A DNA stretch of 64,000 nucleotides from Octopus sinensis (Eukaryota). Shown here piece after piece: positions 1 to 14,395 of this stretch. The position numbers and the translations under genes are program-made. The DNA is taken from the NCBI RefSeq assembly GCF_006345805.1, contig NC_043008.1, positions 29,388,001 through 29,452,000 on the forward strand, in the 5' to 3' direction. Below the pieces are notes generated by a model that did no database searches, had not been told where the DNA came from, and saw only the letters and a program-made list of their open reading frames with translations. Numbering within the stretch: position 1 is the first letter of the stretch; every line of letters begins with the position of its first letter.

Positions 1-135
1 CCTTACAAATATAGGCACGCTTCCTGATACTTATTTCATGGAACACTAAAGGAGGAAATGGAAAGTCAATTTCGATGGAATTTGAACTCAGAACATAGGC
101 GTGGATAAACTGCACCTAAGCAATAAAATTCAGCA
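1..135 (-). mobile_element. Degenerate tRNA-derived SINE fragment (octopus OK/OR-like)
   Basis: gaaagtcaatttcgatggaatttgaactcagaac is the reverse complement of the B-box region (gttctgagttcaaattcc) shared with the SINE copies at 1.9, 16.8 and 52.6 kb. Confidence 0.55.
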
Positions 136-1684
136 GCAGCACATTTTTAATTATGCTTTAAATCTTTGTCAGAAATATTATAGATAAAAGATGTTATGCA
201 TACCTTTTCTACATGTGTAACTTTGTAATTCAGGTAAGAAAAATTTATATCTTACATGGAATGAAAGAATTACCGAAATTTTCCATGCTTTTAGTTTGAT
301 ACAACTAATTCTTGACATTCCACAGCGAGAAATCATAGTCACAATAAATTCTTATTTATGCTCTTATTAAAACTTGTTTACATGAATTTATTAAAAACGG
401 TGAAGATACCCAAATTTAGTTTATGCGACTAATTGTATGAACAACAGATTATGCCATTTCAAACTTTCGACTATAGCCAATGCATACGGTAGCAAATATG
501 CAACACACATCTATAACGAAATAAAAAGGACACGAAATGACATGCTCTCTAACCAGAACTTGTGTTAAAAATAGTTAATGTAACCGTACATTGTGATTTA
601 TCAGTTAACATAGACCACATAATTCAGGAAAATCGACCAATAATCGCACTCTGAGACAAACAGATGTCTATAATATTTATTTACATTTGGGTATTCCAGG
701 ATAAAATATTTCAATAAAAATCTTTTAATGTAAATATGCACAAAAATCAACATATCGGAAGTGGAAAGTTATAACAGCTTAAAACGAAAACTATTCTGTT
801 ATAAAAAAAATAAAACCAACTACATAAGAAAAAAACAATCCTAGGAAACTTTTTAGGGCACCATAATCCCAAGAAGTTTTTACTGACTTCTTGTGTACAC
901 TTTCTTTGATGGATTCTCTCATATTGTGTACGTTTCCAGGATAATTGCAAATTTACACTGCATACGATAAACAGTTGTTTTCTCAATATATTTTAAAATA
1001 TATTCATAAGCTACTTAGTAATTTAATATATATAACCACTTACAAATCAATATTTAATATAACATTATGCCTCCAATTATTCAATTCTAAGTTTATGCTT
1101 AGAATTACGTTTGTATTACGTTTTTATGTAAAATACAACATTAACAAATTTTATTAAATTTAATACCGGGTATATAACAAATCATATAGTTAAACAACGT
1201 ATATTTGTGATGTATAGAAATGTTCAATATTCTACGAAATATGTAGCACAAACCGAGTTCAAAGCATTTAGTTGCTTTGTCTTTCTCTAACTCATACATA
1301 ATAGCTCGACAGGCGTTGTACAGTGTGGCAAAAAAGTTTTTGATAATGAAGCTTTGTTTTTTATTGTCACAGAGCCAGACAAATTAGATGAATGGCGCCT
1401 TTTAAATCGACCAGAATATTAGACCGCAACTTAATTCATCAAACCTGTAATAGTGAAAAACACACTCGGTTCGACATAGATTTACAATTCATTATTTTTG
1501 GTTCGATAAAAAGAGCCTGTCTTAAATTATCTGCTTTAATCGCATGAACACTCAAGAGAAATGCATGTCCCTCTAACAATATAAGAAATGTATATTTGAT
1601 TTCAAATTTCGGAACAACGCCAACAATTTCTAGGGAGGGTATAAGTGAGTTAAGTCAAGTCAAGATTTCAAGTTTTAAGTTAAC

Positions 1685-1805
1685 CACTGAAAGAAGGAAA
1701 GGCAAATTTGACCGTTGCTGAATTTGAACTCAGTACGAAGCGACGCACGAAATACTGCTTAGTATTTTGCCAGGTATGTTAAGGTTTCGGCCAGCTCGCC
1801 ACCTT
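1685..1805 (-). mobile_element. tRNA-derived SINE, 5' part
   Basis: The minus strand begins ggcgagctggccgaaaccttaacatacctggcaaaatactaagcagtatttcg and contains a gagttcaaattc B-box. It is homologous to the neighbouring copy at 1870-2040. Confidence 0.75.
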
Positions 1806-1869
1806 ATATCACAAATAAATACCAGTTTCAAATTTCATCAGAATGCCAGTAATTTCGGACAAGTGGGTA

Positions 1870-2040
1870 TGTAAATAACATTGAGCCCAGGCCTCAACTA
1901 TTACTTAATTTATCGACCTCGAAAGGCTGAAAATCAAAGTTGACCTCGTCGGAATTTTAACTCAGAAAGTTGAGACGGGCAAAATGCCCGCTCAACCTTT
2001 TGCTCAGATGGTAAAGATTCTGCCTGCTCGTCCCCTTATG
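1870..2040 (-). mobile_element. tRNA-derived SINE
   Basis: Contains tttatcgacctcgaaaggctgaaaatcaaagttgacctcgtcggaattttaactcagaa, the same motif as the copies at 16.8 and 52.6 kb. Confidence 0.8.
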
Positions 2041-5000
2041 TAAGAAATAAATATTATTAATGCTGCTGAATGTACCTACTAGAATATCTAATGCTCTATT
2101 ATGTAACGTCTATTAACTAATCTCTGTCTTGCGCTAAATAATGCATACCTTTGTTAGTCTTACACACTGGCTTTTGCGGTGGACCAAAATTGCTAGGCTT
2201 CGGAGAAAATATAACATTTTGCGAAAATCAAGTACACTCTCGTTCTTGAAATGTAAGTTTCTATGTTAAACACGTAGCTGCAACAATAATACACACGACA
2301 CATGGGCACATACTTGAACAAAATATCACTTTAGCTATGATTATCAGAGAATTAGTGGGTTTAAGAAATTACTTCAGTAATCATTTTTACTCTTTCAAAT
2401 ATTTCTATAAGAAAAAAATCTGAAGTTTATTTTAAAATTTGCACATTCAGTGTTCAAAAAAGATGACCCCAAATTTATTAGGGCCAAGAGCAATAACTTC
2501 GTTCCACTGCCAATATTGATATTATCTTTAATATTTCTAACACAATTTTCACTGTTTCTATAGCATGAAATACACATTTAAACTACATGTATATATATAT
2601 ATATATACTGAAACTTATTGCATTGCAAAACTGTGCAGATGAATCAAGATGTAAAGATGCAATCGATATATCCATGACAAGCAAGTGAAATAGATTTTGC
2701 ACAAAAGCAGATTTATGTAATATATTCAAATAATTTAAAGTCCACACTTGAATGAGATAATAAGCAACATTTAACAAGTGGGACTTTTTTGGGAACGAAA
2801 TATCGACGTTCAACAATGATCATTAGAATAAAGTATATAAAGATTATGTTTGTCGTCAGGGAAATATCTTCGAAGATTTCCATTAGAATTCAGGAAGGAA
2901 AAGCGGGGAAAGGAACACATGCATATATCTTTCCTCTTAAAGTGTAGGCTAAAGGAATACTGTTACAAATATTGCGATAATCATTACTTTAAAATGATGA
3001 TGAACTCATAAAACATCACCCTGTATTACATTAAAATTCTCAGTCATTCTTTGTTGAAATTGCGCCACAATGAATTTAGCTTTGGTGTCTATGTGATCTA
3101 TAAATGAGGAACTGTTAATATTCGTTCGCTATTGATACATAGTTTCTTGAAAACATAGTTCCTTGAATTCCGTAGAAAATCACTATTTATTTCGTACATT
3201 ATCTCACGCGAACCCGTGTCTATACATATATAAAACTGGGCTGTATATATTTTTTTCTTTTAACCCCTGAAACTGTGGATTATAGAAAATATTGAACCAA
3301 AATCTATTCAATTTTTTGCATTTTGAGGAATGTTTTGTTGTGTCTGTCTAAGTTAAAGACAATATGGTTAATTTGATGTAGTGTATTTCAGAGACATAGA
3401 GTGAAAGAAGTAGTTAACCTGACACTGAAATAAAAATTACATGTGAACAGTAGAATTTGACGAATATAATGCCGGTGCTTCGAAGTGATACGAATACCAC
3501 AGCGTTTTATCCAACATATGTTAGAATATAAGGACTGCAATTGGTGAAGACGGACTAGAGTTATTAAGGAAAGGGTCAACAAATATCAAGGAAGAATACG
3601 ATTAACGACGAAAGGAAAAATATTTCCACGAACTTCCAAAAGCCGCTAGATGATTCCTCAAGAAGTGAAAAACCCAAGGAACTTCTTGTTGCTCCCTACT
3701 ATCTAAACTTTCGAAAATATTTGACATGCAGAAATATATTGTACATGAATACTCTTCCCCTTAAATCTCCTAAACGAAGTTTGACTTACAGATGAAAAAA
3801 ATCTATTACTATGAAATAGGGTATTGCTGATTCGGTGACGTCGCCTCTATTTTAATTAACTTCACATTTCATCAAAATGACAACATATCACTTTCTGTAA
3901 GCCACACATTACGGCCTTGATATAATTCGATAGAAGTCGATATAATTATAAAAAAAATTGTCGAGTAGTGGAGAATAGTTATCACACAGTTCGAGAGTCA
4001 TTATCACGTATTCTTGTTGATGGAAGCTCGCATAATTGTAACTCCCAATGCTGGTGAGTTAACCGTATCTTTAATTTAGAGCTATCCTATCTGAAATCAG
4101 ACTATGGATTCAATGATAGTTTGCTGAGTAGGTTAATAACTGCTACTAATATGAAAAAGAATGTTTCATGGTTTCTTTCCCATTTAAATTTTTTTTTAAA
4201 CTAATGCAATTTTACTTTCATGAGTTTTATTCTAGAAACGATTATTCATTTGATCTGGCGTTTTGCTCTGTGATTTAATTGGTGGCGATAGAAATTATAC
4301 TGTGCATAGAATTATCTGTGATTTACCGATACTGAATCATATGCAAACAGGAATATAATTACCAACTTTCTTTTTCAAGTTTAACGTATAGCTTTTGACT
4401 TCTTCCCTCTGTTTCATTGAAATATTTTGTCTTTAGGTTGTATTTCCTATTTCCTAGAATGAATTTCCTAGAATGTATGAAAGGTGGCTAATAATTCCTT
4501 CAAACTTTGTTTCGTTACATTTATACAACATATGGTTATGAAACTCTCCCACTACTCCTGATCATGATAAGAAATATACATATAGTCAGCCACTACAGTA
4601 CATGCTCAAGTGGTTAAGGTCAAGCAACTGACAAGTAAATCTAAGGTACTGAACACAATAATTGCTATAAAGATGTTTCCGCTTCAGAAATTCAGTGCTG
4701 AATCTGTCCGAAATACATTGGAAAATAGGTCAGTTTCAAAACAATGATTCTCAGATCACAAAAGCATAGTCTGAAGGGAATAGAAATTATTTCCATTGAT
4801 TTCAAGACAGAAGAAAATAGGAAATAGCATTTACTGTTAAAAGACAAATATAATAATTCTGCTCCAAAGTGTTAAACTCCAAATCGGAGAATGCTAATCT
4901 CCGAACAGCATTCAAGTACCTAATTACATAGTTCGACCTCTCCAAGCACATCATCCAAAGATAGTGTACTGTTGTTTGTTTAGTGGGTTTTACTTCAAGA

Positions 5001-5149
5001 GCCTCGAAACAAGCAACCGTCATTTTTAATACGTCGAGATATAAAAATGATATATATATGAGTGGTCATACATTGTACTTAATTTTGACATAACACCACA
5101 TTTCAATTTTCGTCATCGTCATCCTTCTCCTCATCACCAATATGATAAC

Positions 5150-5204
5150 AACAACAACAACAACAACAATAATTAAAATAATAGTAATAGTAATAATAAT
5201 AATA

Positions 5205-5242
<38 letters not shown>

Positions 5243-5259
5243 TAATAATAATAATAATA
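5150..5259. repeat. Compound (AAC)n/(TAA)n microsatellite
   Basis: Seen directly in the sequence. Confidence 0.95.
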
Positions 5260-6855
5260 GAATTTGTCAGATGCGTGACCTTAACCATTTAAGTATGTTC
5301 CTTAGTGACCGGGGGAGTATCATGACCTTGTGTTGCGAGTAATTCACTGGGACTCGAGTAATTCACAACAATAATAATAGTCATAATAATTTTTATTAAG
5401 ATTATTTTCCCTCGTCTTTTCTGAATATATATCCAAGTAGTTAAGTCCTTTACAATAATGAAGTCCGTAAAGAAATATATTGCCACCCAATCTAAGGCAT
5501 CACTACTTTTATTGACCATAAGATTTTAAAACTGCATCCACTGATGGGAATCATAGGAAAACCTGTTGAATATTTCAACATCATGAATTGTATCATGATT
5601 TACCAAACTTTTGTCAATTACTTGTTGCCTACAACATACAATATATGTAGAAAGTAAGAGAACAAAACTTGGCAACAAAACAACATTTTCATTATATTTC
5701 TAATGATATTCTCTATGTAACGAAAGAAATATTTACATCTATTTAAACTAATCCACACAGTTTCGTGTCTTTGTCATAGACTGCAGCAGCTTATATAGAA
5801 GCTTATTTGAATGCAGTCTGTCGTCTCCTAAGTGATATATCCGACGCCATGTTGATTCAGGCGGTATTGAGTCACAAAGAAAATTAATGAAAGTTCGAAA
5901 TAATAAGAATAGATAAACATTATTATATTTAAGTAAATCTCTATTGATTGTGCTTGAAAGTTGCTGATATATTGCAACAGTACAATAACAATACTAAAAA
6001 CTGCACAAAAAATATAAACAGATTATGTAAATCAAAGAAAGTATTATTACAAGTTACAGCAAGTCAACTTGATAAAATAGTAAAAATAAAGGTATAAATA
6101 AATAAATGAAATAAATCATCATAAAGAACATTAAGAATATAGATAAGATTACTTGTTTGAATAACATTACAATTGTGTTAATAATGACAGCATAAACATT
6201 TTTCACCATATTCACCATGTACATATATCTGATGTAAAAGAAAACAATGTTGTAGACTAAGACATTTTATTTCTTATATGAAAGAAAGGAACGTCTTTAT
6301 CTGGAATATTTATAAAGCATAAACTAGAAACAATATGCCGTCTTTGTCTGGTGGCATGTTTAACCATCCAACATCAAACGCAAAATATTTGAATTTCATG
6401 TTGTCTTGTATCGATAAAGCTGTTTGAAGAATAGTTGTATATGAAAGAGTGACCGATTATTGCAATATTCCATGATGTGAGACCTAATTCAAATAATACA
6501 TATCCTAATGCTAGGAGATACGAGAAAGGTTATTGTACATAATATATAATCATTAACACATTAATGTGCAAGAGAGTATATTGGAATATATTGATATTAA
6601 CTACAACCAAGGAAAGGAACGGAAACTTATATAAATGACAAATATTTATCCAATACCGACACCAGCATCAGCCAGAAACTCAATCTCTTGGAAACTTGAA
6701 ATTATAGTTATTTATCTGTGAATCCACTAAACTGAAACTCTGAAACGAGTGCGGACATAAACAGCTTGTCTTTTTGAGACAACCATGTTTTTTTTTGTGT
6801 GTGTACATATCTATGTGGGGGTTGGTGTGTCAGTGTGTGGGTGTGCATATACATA

Positions 6856-6893
<38 letters not shown>

Positions 6894-7561
6894 CATACAT
6901 ATATATATGAATATATGTATGTATGCCTGAGTGTGTTTCTACGCATGTGTATATTTCTGTGTATGTGCACGTGCGTGTGCACGTGTATGTGTGTATGTGT
7001 ATTTGCACGCGCATGTGTGTGTGATGTGTGTATACCTGTACGCATCCGTGTATATATGAATTGGAGGATAATTTCCGAAATCTAGGAAGGAACATCTGCT
7101 ACATAAAACGTAATATAACGTGGCACACATAATAATTAGAACAAGTTATATTTACATTACTACATCTGGTACAAAATGCAGTCATTTTAATATAACAATA
7201 AAATAACGTGATAAAAGTGTGAATATATTTGTTTCGTTATTGACCTACAAACGATGTGACAATTTTCAGGAATGTTTTCGCAGAACAAAATATGATGTGG
7301 TGGTCCACATTAATTTTTTGATTTTTGCTTAGTTATACAATAAACTTTTCCCAAGATTTAAACATTTTATAGAATTATCAATGTAATCACTGTAGGTGTA
7401 ACATTAATTAATTGAAATTTCTTGGTTTCGTATTTGAAATATGCTTACGTCTATAATACCATTGCGTAAGGGAACTTCTAGGAAGTTTTATCTAGTTAGG
7501 TCAACCGTCATTTACAAAAATTGTACATTGTGCTCTTTATTTTAAGATTTATTGGACTCAC

Positions 7562-7677
7562 CTTGGACTAGGCTTAGAAATTATAGCGTCCTTAAACTCC
7601 AGAAGTTTTATACCAGAAATGTTCAGCTTCTCAGCATTTTTGACATAATTAGTCATACAATCAACTGCACGTTGCAT
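7562..7677 (-). CDS. Candidate coding exon (MQRAVDCMTNYVKNAEKLNISGIKLLEFKDAIISKPSP), product unknown
   Basis: A 38-codon open, non-repetitive frame ends at a consensus donor AAG|GTGAGT (7562/7561). The start is either ATG at 7677 or the acceptor gtgcag| at 7664. No homology recognised. Confidence 0.35.
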
Positions 7678-7684
7678 TTAGTTT

Positions 7685-7740
<56 letters not shown>

Positions 7741-7828
7741 TGGGAGAGATAGAAAGAGAGAGAGATAGGTAGATATATATATATATATATAGATAGGTAG
7801 GTAGATATATATATATATATATATATAT

Positions 7829-7960
7829 AGATGCAAGCGTGGCTGCATGTTAAGAAGCTTCCCTCTCACTGTCTGATAACTTGGGCGAGTGTTTTCTACG
7901 ATATCGTCGGGTTGAACAAATCTTCGAGAGAGGTGGATTGAAACCGAAAGAAGCCCAAAC
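7829..7960 (+). mobile_element. tRNA-derived SINE, 5' half (family of the 13.9-kb copy)
   Basis: gcgtggctgcatgttaagaagctt...ttgggcgagtgttttctacgatatcgtcgggttgaacaaatc...gaaaccgaaagaagccc is homologous to 13902-14060. Confidence 0.75.
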
Positions 7961-7999
7961 ATATATATATATATATATTCATATATATATATGCGTGTT

Positions 8000-8166
8000 T
8001 GGCGATGAACTAGCAGATTCGTTAGCATGCCTTCCCATCCGTCTTTACGACCTGAAATCAAATTCCATCTACGTACGCTTCGATTATATAAGTCCCAGCT
8101 AAACATTAGGCTGATGTGATCGACTTATCCCGGATATTGTTGGCGTTGTGCCAAGATTTGAAACCA
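8000..8166 (+). mobile_element. tRNA-derived SINE
   Basis: ggcgatgaactagcagattcgttagcatgcc...gatgtgatcgactta...ttgtgccaagatttgaaacc matches the family at 16710-16920 in the opposite orientation. Confidence 0.75.
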
Positions 8167-8737
8167 CCATATATATATATTTGTTCTTGTACCCGGGTAA
8201 GTGTATGTATGTGTTTATGGCCGAATTAACGTACTTGCTTTAATATGACCGAAGGATCAGTTTTCAGGCTTAAAGATAGACAAACATTCACAGTAAAAGA
8301 CAAATTTGTAATGGTACGTTCCATCGCCTGGAAAATTATATTGTACAAAACAGGGCTGTCGCTTTGCCAAGGAAGGAGAGTAATCCAAAGCAAATGAATT
8401 CCAGGCAAATTCTGTTAAGTTTACATATAACCATATACGCAGGAATGAAACAATGGAATTTTAAATTGTTCCTATTATTTAGATACTGGGAAATATATGA
8501 TAAACATTTCATTATTTATCGGTGAAAATAATGAGCCTTTTATGACGAATAATGTTATGAAAAGTCGACTGTTGTGAACTGTAATGATAGTTAAAAAATT
8601 TACAAAGCAAAACATTCATTCATTATGAATAGTACAAACAACGAAGGCAGTCTGCAACATATATTATGTGACATACTTAAATGTTAAAATGTTTGTGCTA
8701 TTAATTCCTCTTGGATAATCGGTGCGTTTCCTTACAA

Positions 8738-8801
<64 letters not shown>

Positions 8802-8891
8802 CTATATATAGCCATGTGTTTGTGTGCGTTCATATGTATATGTATGTGTGTATATCTATATATCTATATTGTGTATATCTATATATCTATC

Positions 8892-8935
<44 letters not shown>

Positions 8936-9733
8936 CACAGTAGCGACCAGACCATTAGATTATATTATATAACACGGGTCACAATGCACTTCCGGTTTTG
9001 TGATGATTCCACCAGTCTTTTAAACCTCGAATTGCCCAACGAAGCAACCTTCCCAACGTCGTAGACGGCTTCCAAGAGGACTTGTCAGTTCTCTTCGATA
9101 TCACAGACCAACAGCTCGAATGCACTTCTTGTCTGTGGACGTAGCAACATGTCCGGCCAAGCAGAATTTAGGCATACCTTACTCTGAAATCACATCGTTC
9201 ACTGAGTTTTTTCAAAATCAATTCCCTTCGATAGTGCTCTTTTGATGAAGTTCCTAACGTGTATTTTCCTTCAATTTAAATCGAAGCCAAACAGTGTTCC
9301 ATGCTCTCCGTAGTAAACCACGTTTCACTTGCGTTAACAGTTTATGTAGGACGTTGTACCAACAATTTCACAACATGTGCATTAAAAAACATTGAATTGA
9401 TTCAAAATTTCAATCCTCAAAGTAGAAGTAAGCATTTCTTAAACATATTTATGCTTCAACAATAGTTTCCCAAGTTATATTATGTGAACTGTCATTATAT
9501 ATTCAAGCAATACGCTAACGTATACGGTTTACCATACCGCTATTGCTACAATGTTACCTAATAAAACGGAGTGCAAATTGAACAATGTCATTTAGGGAAT
9601 GTAGGATAATACGCAGACATAGATATTGGTTCATAGAAATAAATACACGCATACTCGATCCCAAGCATACATTCATACAGATAGTTAGATATATAGATAG
9701 ATGATACATACATACATATGTATGAATATATAT

Positions 9734-9809
<76 letters not shown>

Positions 9810-10538
9810 TATATATATATTGATATTTGGGACTAATGTGTCTATGTCGATTAGTGTGTTGAAGTGTTGAGTAGAGCACTGGCAGAGTTTGAACTACACG
9901 GTGTCATCCATAGTCGGGGTATATTTCCGTTGGATCTAGTTCAGTAACGCCCGCAGTGTCAGTTGAGTTAAGAATTTCTTAAGTAACCGGAAGAGGAATT
10001 TGGTATTAATCGGTCACTTCGAACCCATCTGCTAATGTCCCTCATGGGTGGGACTCCGTCCAACATGGGTTGTATCTATTTTGCAGTCTGTGTCTCAGTA
10101 GGTACATCCATGTATAAAGTTGTGTTTCGCTAAAGATCTTGAGTTTTGGCTGTATTGTTGTTCTATGCCCGTCCGGTTAGTGAATGAAACATTGATACGG
10201 TTTTCAATTAGTATTATCTTTTTTATAATAAGAGTTGCAAACATTTGTAAATATAGAGAAATAATTGTTGATAAAGAAAAATATAGTGGAAGTGAATTGA
10301 TGTACAGGGATGGATTGAGTTACATTGGATTTAAGAGAAAGAAATGGTACTAGAAAAAGTAAGGGGAGATATATATCCAGGCTAGGATGTCTAGAATGTT
10401 TAACTATCTTAGGCCGAGATGCTTATACACGCATTCGCACACAAACATGCTTGTGCATACACTCAGACATACGTATACACATATACATACACATATCTAC
10501 ACATACATAAGCATACACGTACGCACCTACATTCATAT

Positions 10539-10572
<34 letters not shown>

Positions 10573-11026
10573 ATGCACGTGCACACACATATTCGCATAT
10601 ATATACATGTATATATATACATATGTGTGTGTATACACACATACATATATACATCCACATATACATATTCACCCATGTGTGACCCCCATACATGCATATA
10701 CATGCGCCTACACATGCATGCACTCATACCTCGCGCCATCCTCCTCCTGACACACACCGACATTCATCTACACGTATAACTACACACACTTGCAGGCACA
10801 CATATACTTGTACATATATACATGCACATTCCTGCATCCTGATTAGATACATGCATTACTACTGCTTCGTTAGTTTTTCAAGCAGTAAGTAATTGTCGGC
10901 TTACATCATTATTAAAATAGACTGGCATTGTAGGGTTACAAATCTGAACATATATATATAAATTCTGGATACATATATGTTGGATCAAATCATTCACCAT
11001 CACATATAAACAGTGTATATATATAT

Positions 11027-11099
<73 letters not shown>

Positions 11100-11264
11100 A
11101 GGTAAGCAGAGTTAGCGGTAATAATGACCGACTAAGGTATAAAATATCCGTATTTTTTATCGGTAGCAGTTGCATGTGTTATCTTCTGGCATCGGTATGC
11201 AGGCCCGCAATTCTCGTATGGTAGAGGTAACAAGAGAATAAAGAACAGTTTATCAGGAATAAAA

Positions 11265-11486
11265 TTTAAATAATAAGAGGATGGAGAAAACTTTAGATCA
11301 ACAAACAAATCAATTGGACTACATCTGTTGATTATTTTTCTAATACAAAACATGACAACATTTCTGTTACATTTATGTCACGGATATGTTATGTCATGTT
11401 TTGCTTCGAAAAATAATCTACAGATGTGGTCCAGATTATTTGTTTGTTGATCCATCAAGTTTTCATCCATTTACTGAGTATTTAAA
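11265..11486. repeat. Degenerate fold-back palindrome (MITE-like)
   Basis: Exact inverted blocks: gatcaacaaacaaat (11296-11310) with atttgtttgttgatc (11438-11452); gattatttttc with gaaaaataatc; caaaacatgaca with tgtcatgttttg. The ORF-track peptides on opposite strands are also similar (RKIINRCSPIDLFVD and RKIIYRCGPDYLFVD). Confidence 0.85.
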
Positions 11487-13901
11487 CTATATATATATAT
11501 ATGCATGTGTGTGTGTGTGTGTGTGTATTTTTATATACCTCTATACATACAAGAATGAATATAATCCTATGCATATATCCATATCTCTCTATCCACCGAC
11601 AAGCGCTTGTTGTTAAATAACTCTGGTCACAATGCACTTACTCGCTTTCGAACTATGCCGCTCCCGCTTTTCAGTGATGGTTGCTTTGTTTGCTTTATTA
11701 CAGATTCCTACTACAGAATGCTAAATATGACACGTAATTTTAGTTTTTATTAGCGTATCTATTTTATCTCCAAAATTCACCTTGAAATTTTAGCAAAATG
11801 TCGGACAATATATCAGGGAAATTTAATTTCATGCTCTGTTAAAAACTTTCGTAAATAGTCTAACGATGGTTTTCATTTAAACCCATGCGGGATAAACTTC
11901 ATAATTTTGTTCTCACGAATATAAATGCATATTAGTCTGTACTAAATCTGTAATGATAATATCCTATAGTTTCTTTTTAATAAGAGCTTATGATTCAGGA
12001 AAAGAGACGTCTTATTAATCTTCTAGATGTTAAGAAATTTCCAATATTTTAATGATTTTTATTAAAAGGTAATATATAAAAACATTGAGCATTCTTAAAT
12101 AAATCTTTAAAAGGGACACTGGTCGGTGTATATTTATTCATTCACTCTTCATTTATCTGCGAACACTGGAAACCAAAAATCAATCCAATGCTGTTTATTT
12201 CGTTAATTCATTGAATTTTGGGGAGAATATAATTCTTAATTGCTTTTCGAAATCAATTTCCAAGATATTTGTTAATTCTAATATTGAAAATATATAAATC
12301 AATTTCAGATAATGTAAAATAATAAAAATATAAACAAATATGAAGAATATATAAAAAATGTAGAAATTAGTATGTTTAGAACGTGAGCTATAGCGTTTCA
12401 AATTCACCGAATTTTTAAATATATTGAAATGAAAGGTTTATTTCATCAATAGTTTAACAGGTCAACCGACTATGAAAATAGCAGAAGGTCAACAGATTGA
12501 TAATAAATAGTTAAACTGACGATATAGTAATTGGGGTGAAACCCTTGCAGCAGAAAAAATAAATCACTTAATACCGATAGTTTATTATAAATTTCCATAT
12601 CTAGATATTGGGTTAGCTAGTTACGACATTGTGACATAGAATATATGCTATTTGTTGTTCAGTTGAGTTAGTCTGCTGTAATCTGATATTTTTCTTTCAT
12701 TTTAGTAAAGATTTAGGAATTTGCAAGATCAATAGCGAAACAGTTCAAAGTGAGAGAATCATAGCATTATTGAAAGAAAGGAAAAGTAATATGTAAATAA
12801 GAAACTACAGTCAGTAGAAAATCAATCAGCTCATAATTAAGAATAATTTTAACATGTGAATAAAGAGAGAAAAATCAATTAAAATGATCTATATAAATAT
12901 TTCTTGAGCCTAGGGAAAATAATGTGTTGTAATTTCTACTACTGCTAGAAGTGTTTTGGCCTAGAAAGGAGTATACGTTGAAATGTAATAAAAGAAAATT
13001 ACTATATAAGGTAAGTTTTAAAAAGACATAAAATATCGTGTTTCAAGTCGAAGAGATTTAATTAGATAACAGTGTTAACTACTTCAAGAAAGCATTAATA
13101 TTGATGGAGCGCAAACGTAAGAACTTACCATTAATCAATTTAACCAAATCTTGATCGTAAACACATGTATTTTTCCGTTCTAGTTAAACCAATAAGAGAG
13201 AAGCCATGTAACTTTATCTTGAGATATAAAAATGAAATAAACAACATGCAATTATGAAATATTTTGATACAAACATGAAGCCCATACAGTGTATTTGTCA
13301 CGATATGAACAGAATGAATATACCATTTTTTCTTAATAATACACATAGATGGAAACTATTTAATTTGAAAATTTACAATATAATATGAACAATGGTATAG
13401 TCAAGTATATATATTGCAGCGAACGCGGACAAAATTACAAACAGATACATACACATGCAAACGCAAACACACACATTCACTCACATTAACAGATATACAG
13501 TTATTTTCGGATGCAATATATTCAAAAAGTAATGTTTACAAGGTTCCTGAAATTGTTTCCATAATGTCATCAAATATTTAATTTACTTGTTATGTTTAAT
13601 GAAGAAAACAGAACATATTTGTAGAGTAAAATATTGATATTTGCCTGAATGAAACTTGTATTTAAAAGTTGATAATGAACATGTTTTTTTCTAAATATTA
13701 GGTCAATTGTATATGACGGAAGAATGTTTGGTGGTATGTTTGAATGTTTTATACGAGTTGAACAACTGGAGTGAAATTCAAGATTGAATATAATTTTCAG
13801 TTTTAGTATATTCGATTAACAACCTATTCTCAAATTTTGGGGGTCGAATTGGGGGCATCTGCACGATAGTGATATTTGTTAGAAATAATTGATACATTCT
13901 A

Positions 13902-14106
13902 GACGCATGCGCGGCTGTGTGATAAGAAGGTTGCTTCTCAACCGCATCTTTCCGGATTCACACCCAACTGTGTGACACCTTGGACAAATGTCTTCTACTA
14001 TATCCTTGAGCCGACCAAAGCCATCTGAGTGGATTTGGAAGATGGAGTTTGAGAGAAATCCGTTGTATATATGTATTTGTATTCATAGACACACACACAC
14101 ACACAC

Positions 14107-14163
<57 letters not shown>

Positions 14164-14395
14164 TCATACATACATATGAGTCTGTGTCTTTATGTCTGCG
14201 CTTGTCCCGGCAGCAATGTTCGACAACCGATGTTGGTGTGTTTAAATCCCGTAACTTGGCGATTCAGCAAATAGATCAATAGAATAAATCCTAGGCTTAC
14301 AATGAATAAATCCTGGAGTCGATTTCTTCGAATAAACCTGTTGATATGGTGCTCCAGCGTGACTGCAGTCAAGTGAATTTAATGTTGAAAAGAAA
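13902..14395 (+). mobile_element. Near full-length tRNA-derived SINE with internal (CA)/(TA) microsatellite
   Basis: Head gcgcggctgtgtgataagaaggttgcttc, body accttggacaaatgtcttctactata...ccgaccaaagcc, and 3' part gacaaccgatgttggtgtgttta...ggtgctccagcgtgactgcagtcaa. This is the typical octopus SINE architecture. Confidence 0.85.

Noticed and set aside
1373-1422. Plus-strand terminal exon candidate (EPDKLDEWRLLNRPEY*)
   Set aside because: It has a good acceptor but is too short and has no supporting neighbouring exons.
5776-5822. Short hairpin agactgca...tgcagtct
   Set aside because: An 8-10 bp stem is expected by chance in 64 kb.
9060-9350. Possible transposon remnant
   Set aside because: It looks like an interspersed repeat, but no TIR or transposase motif could be confirmed.
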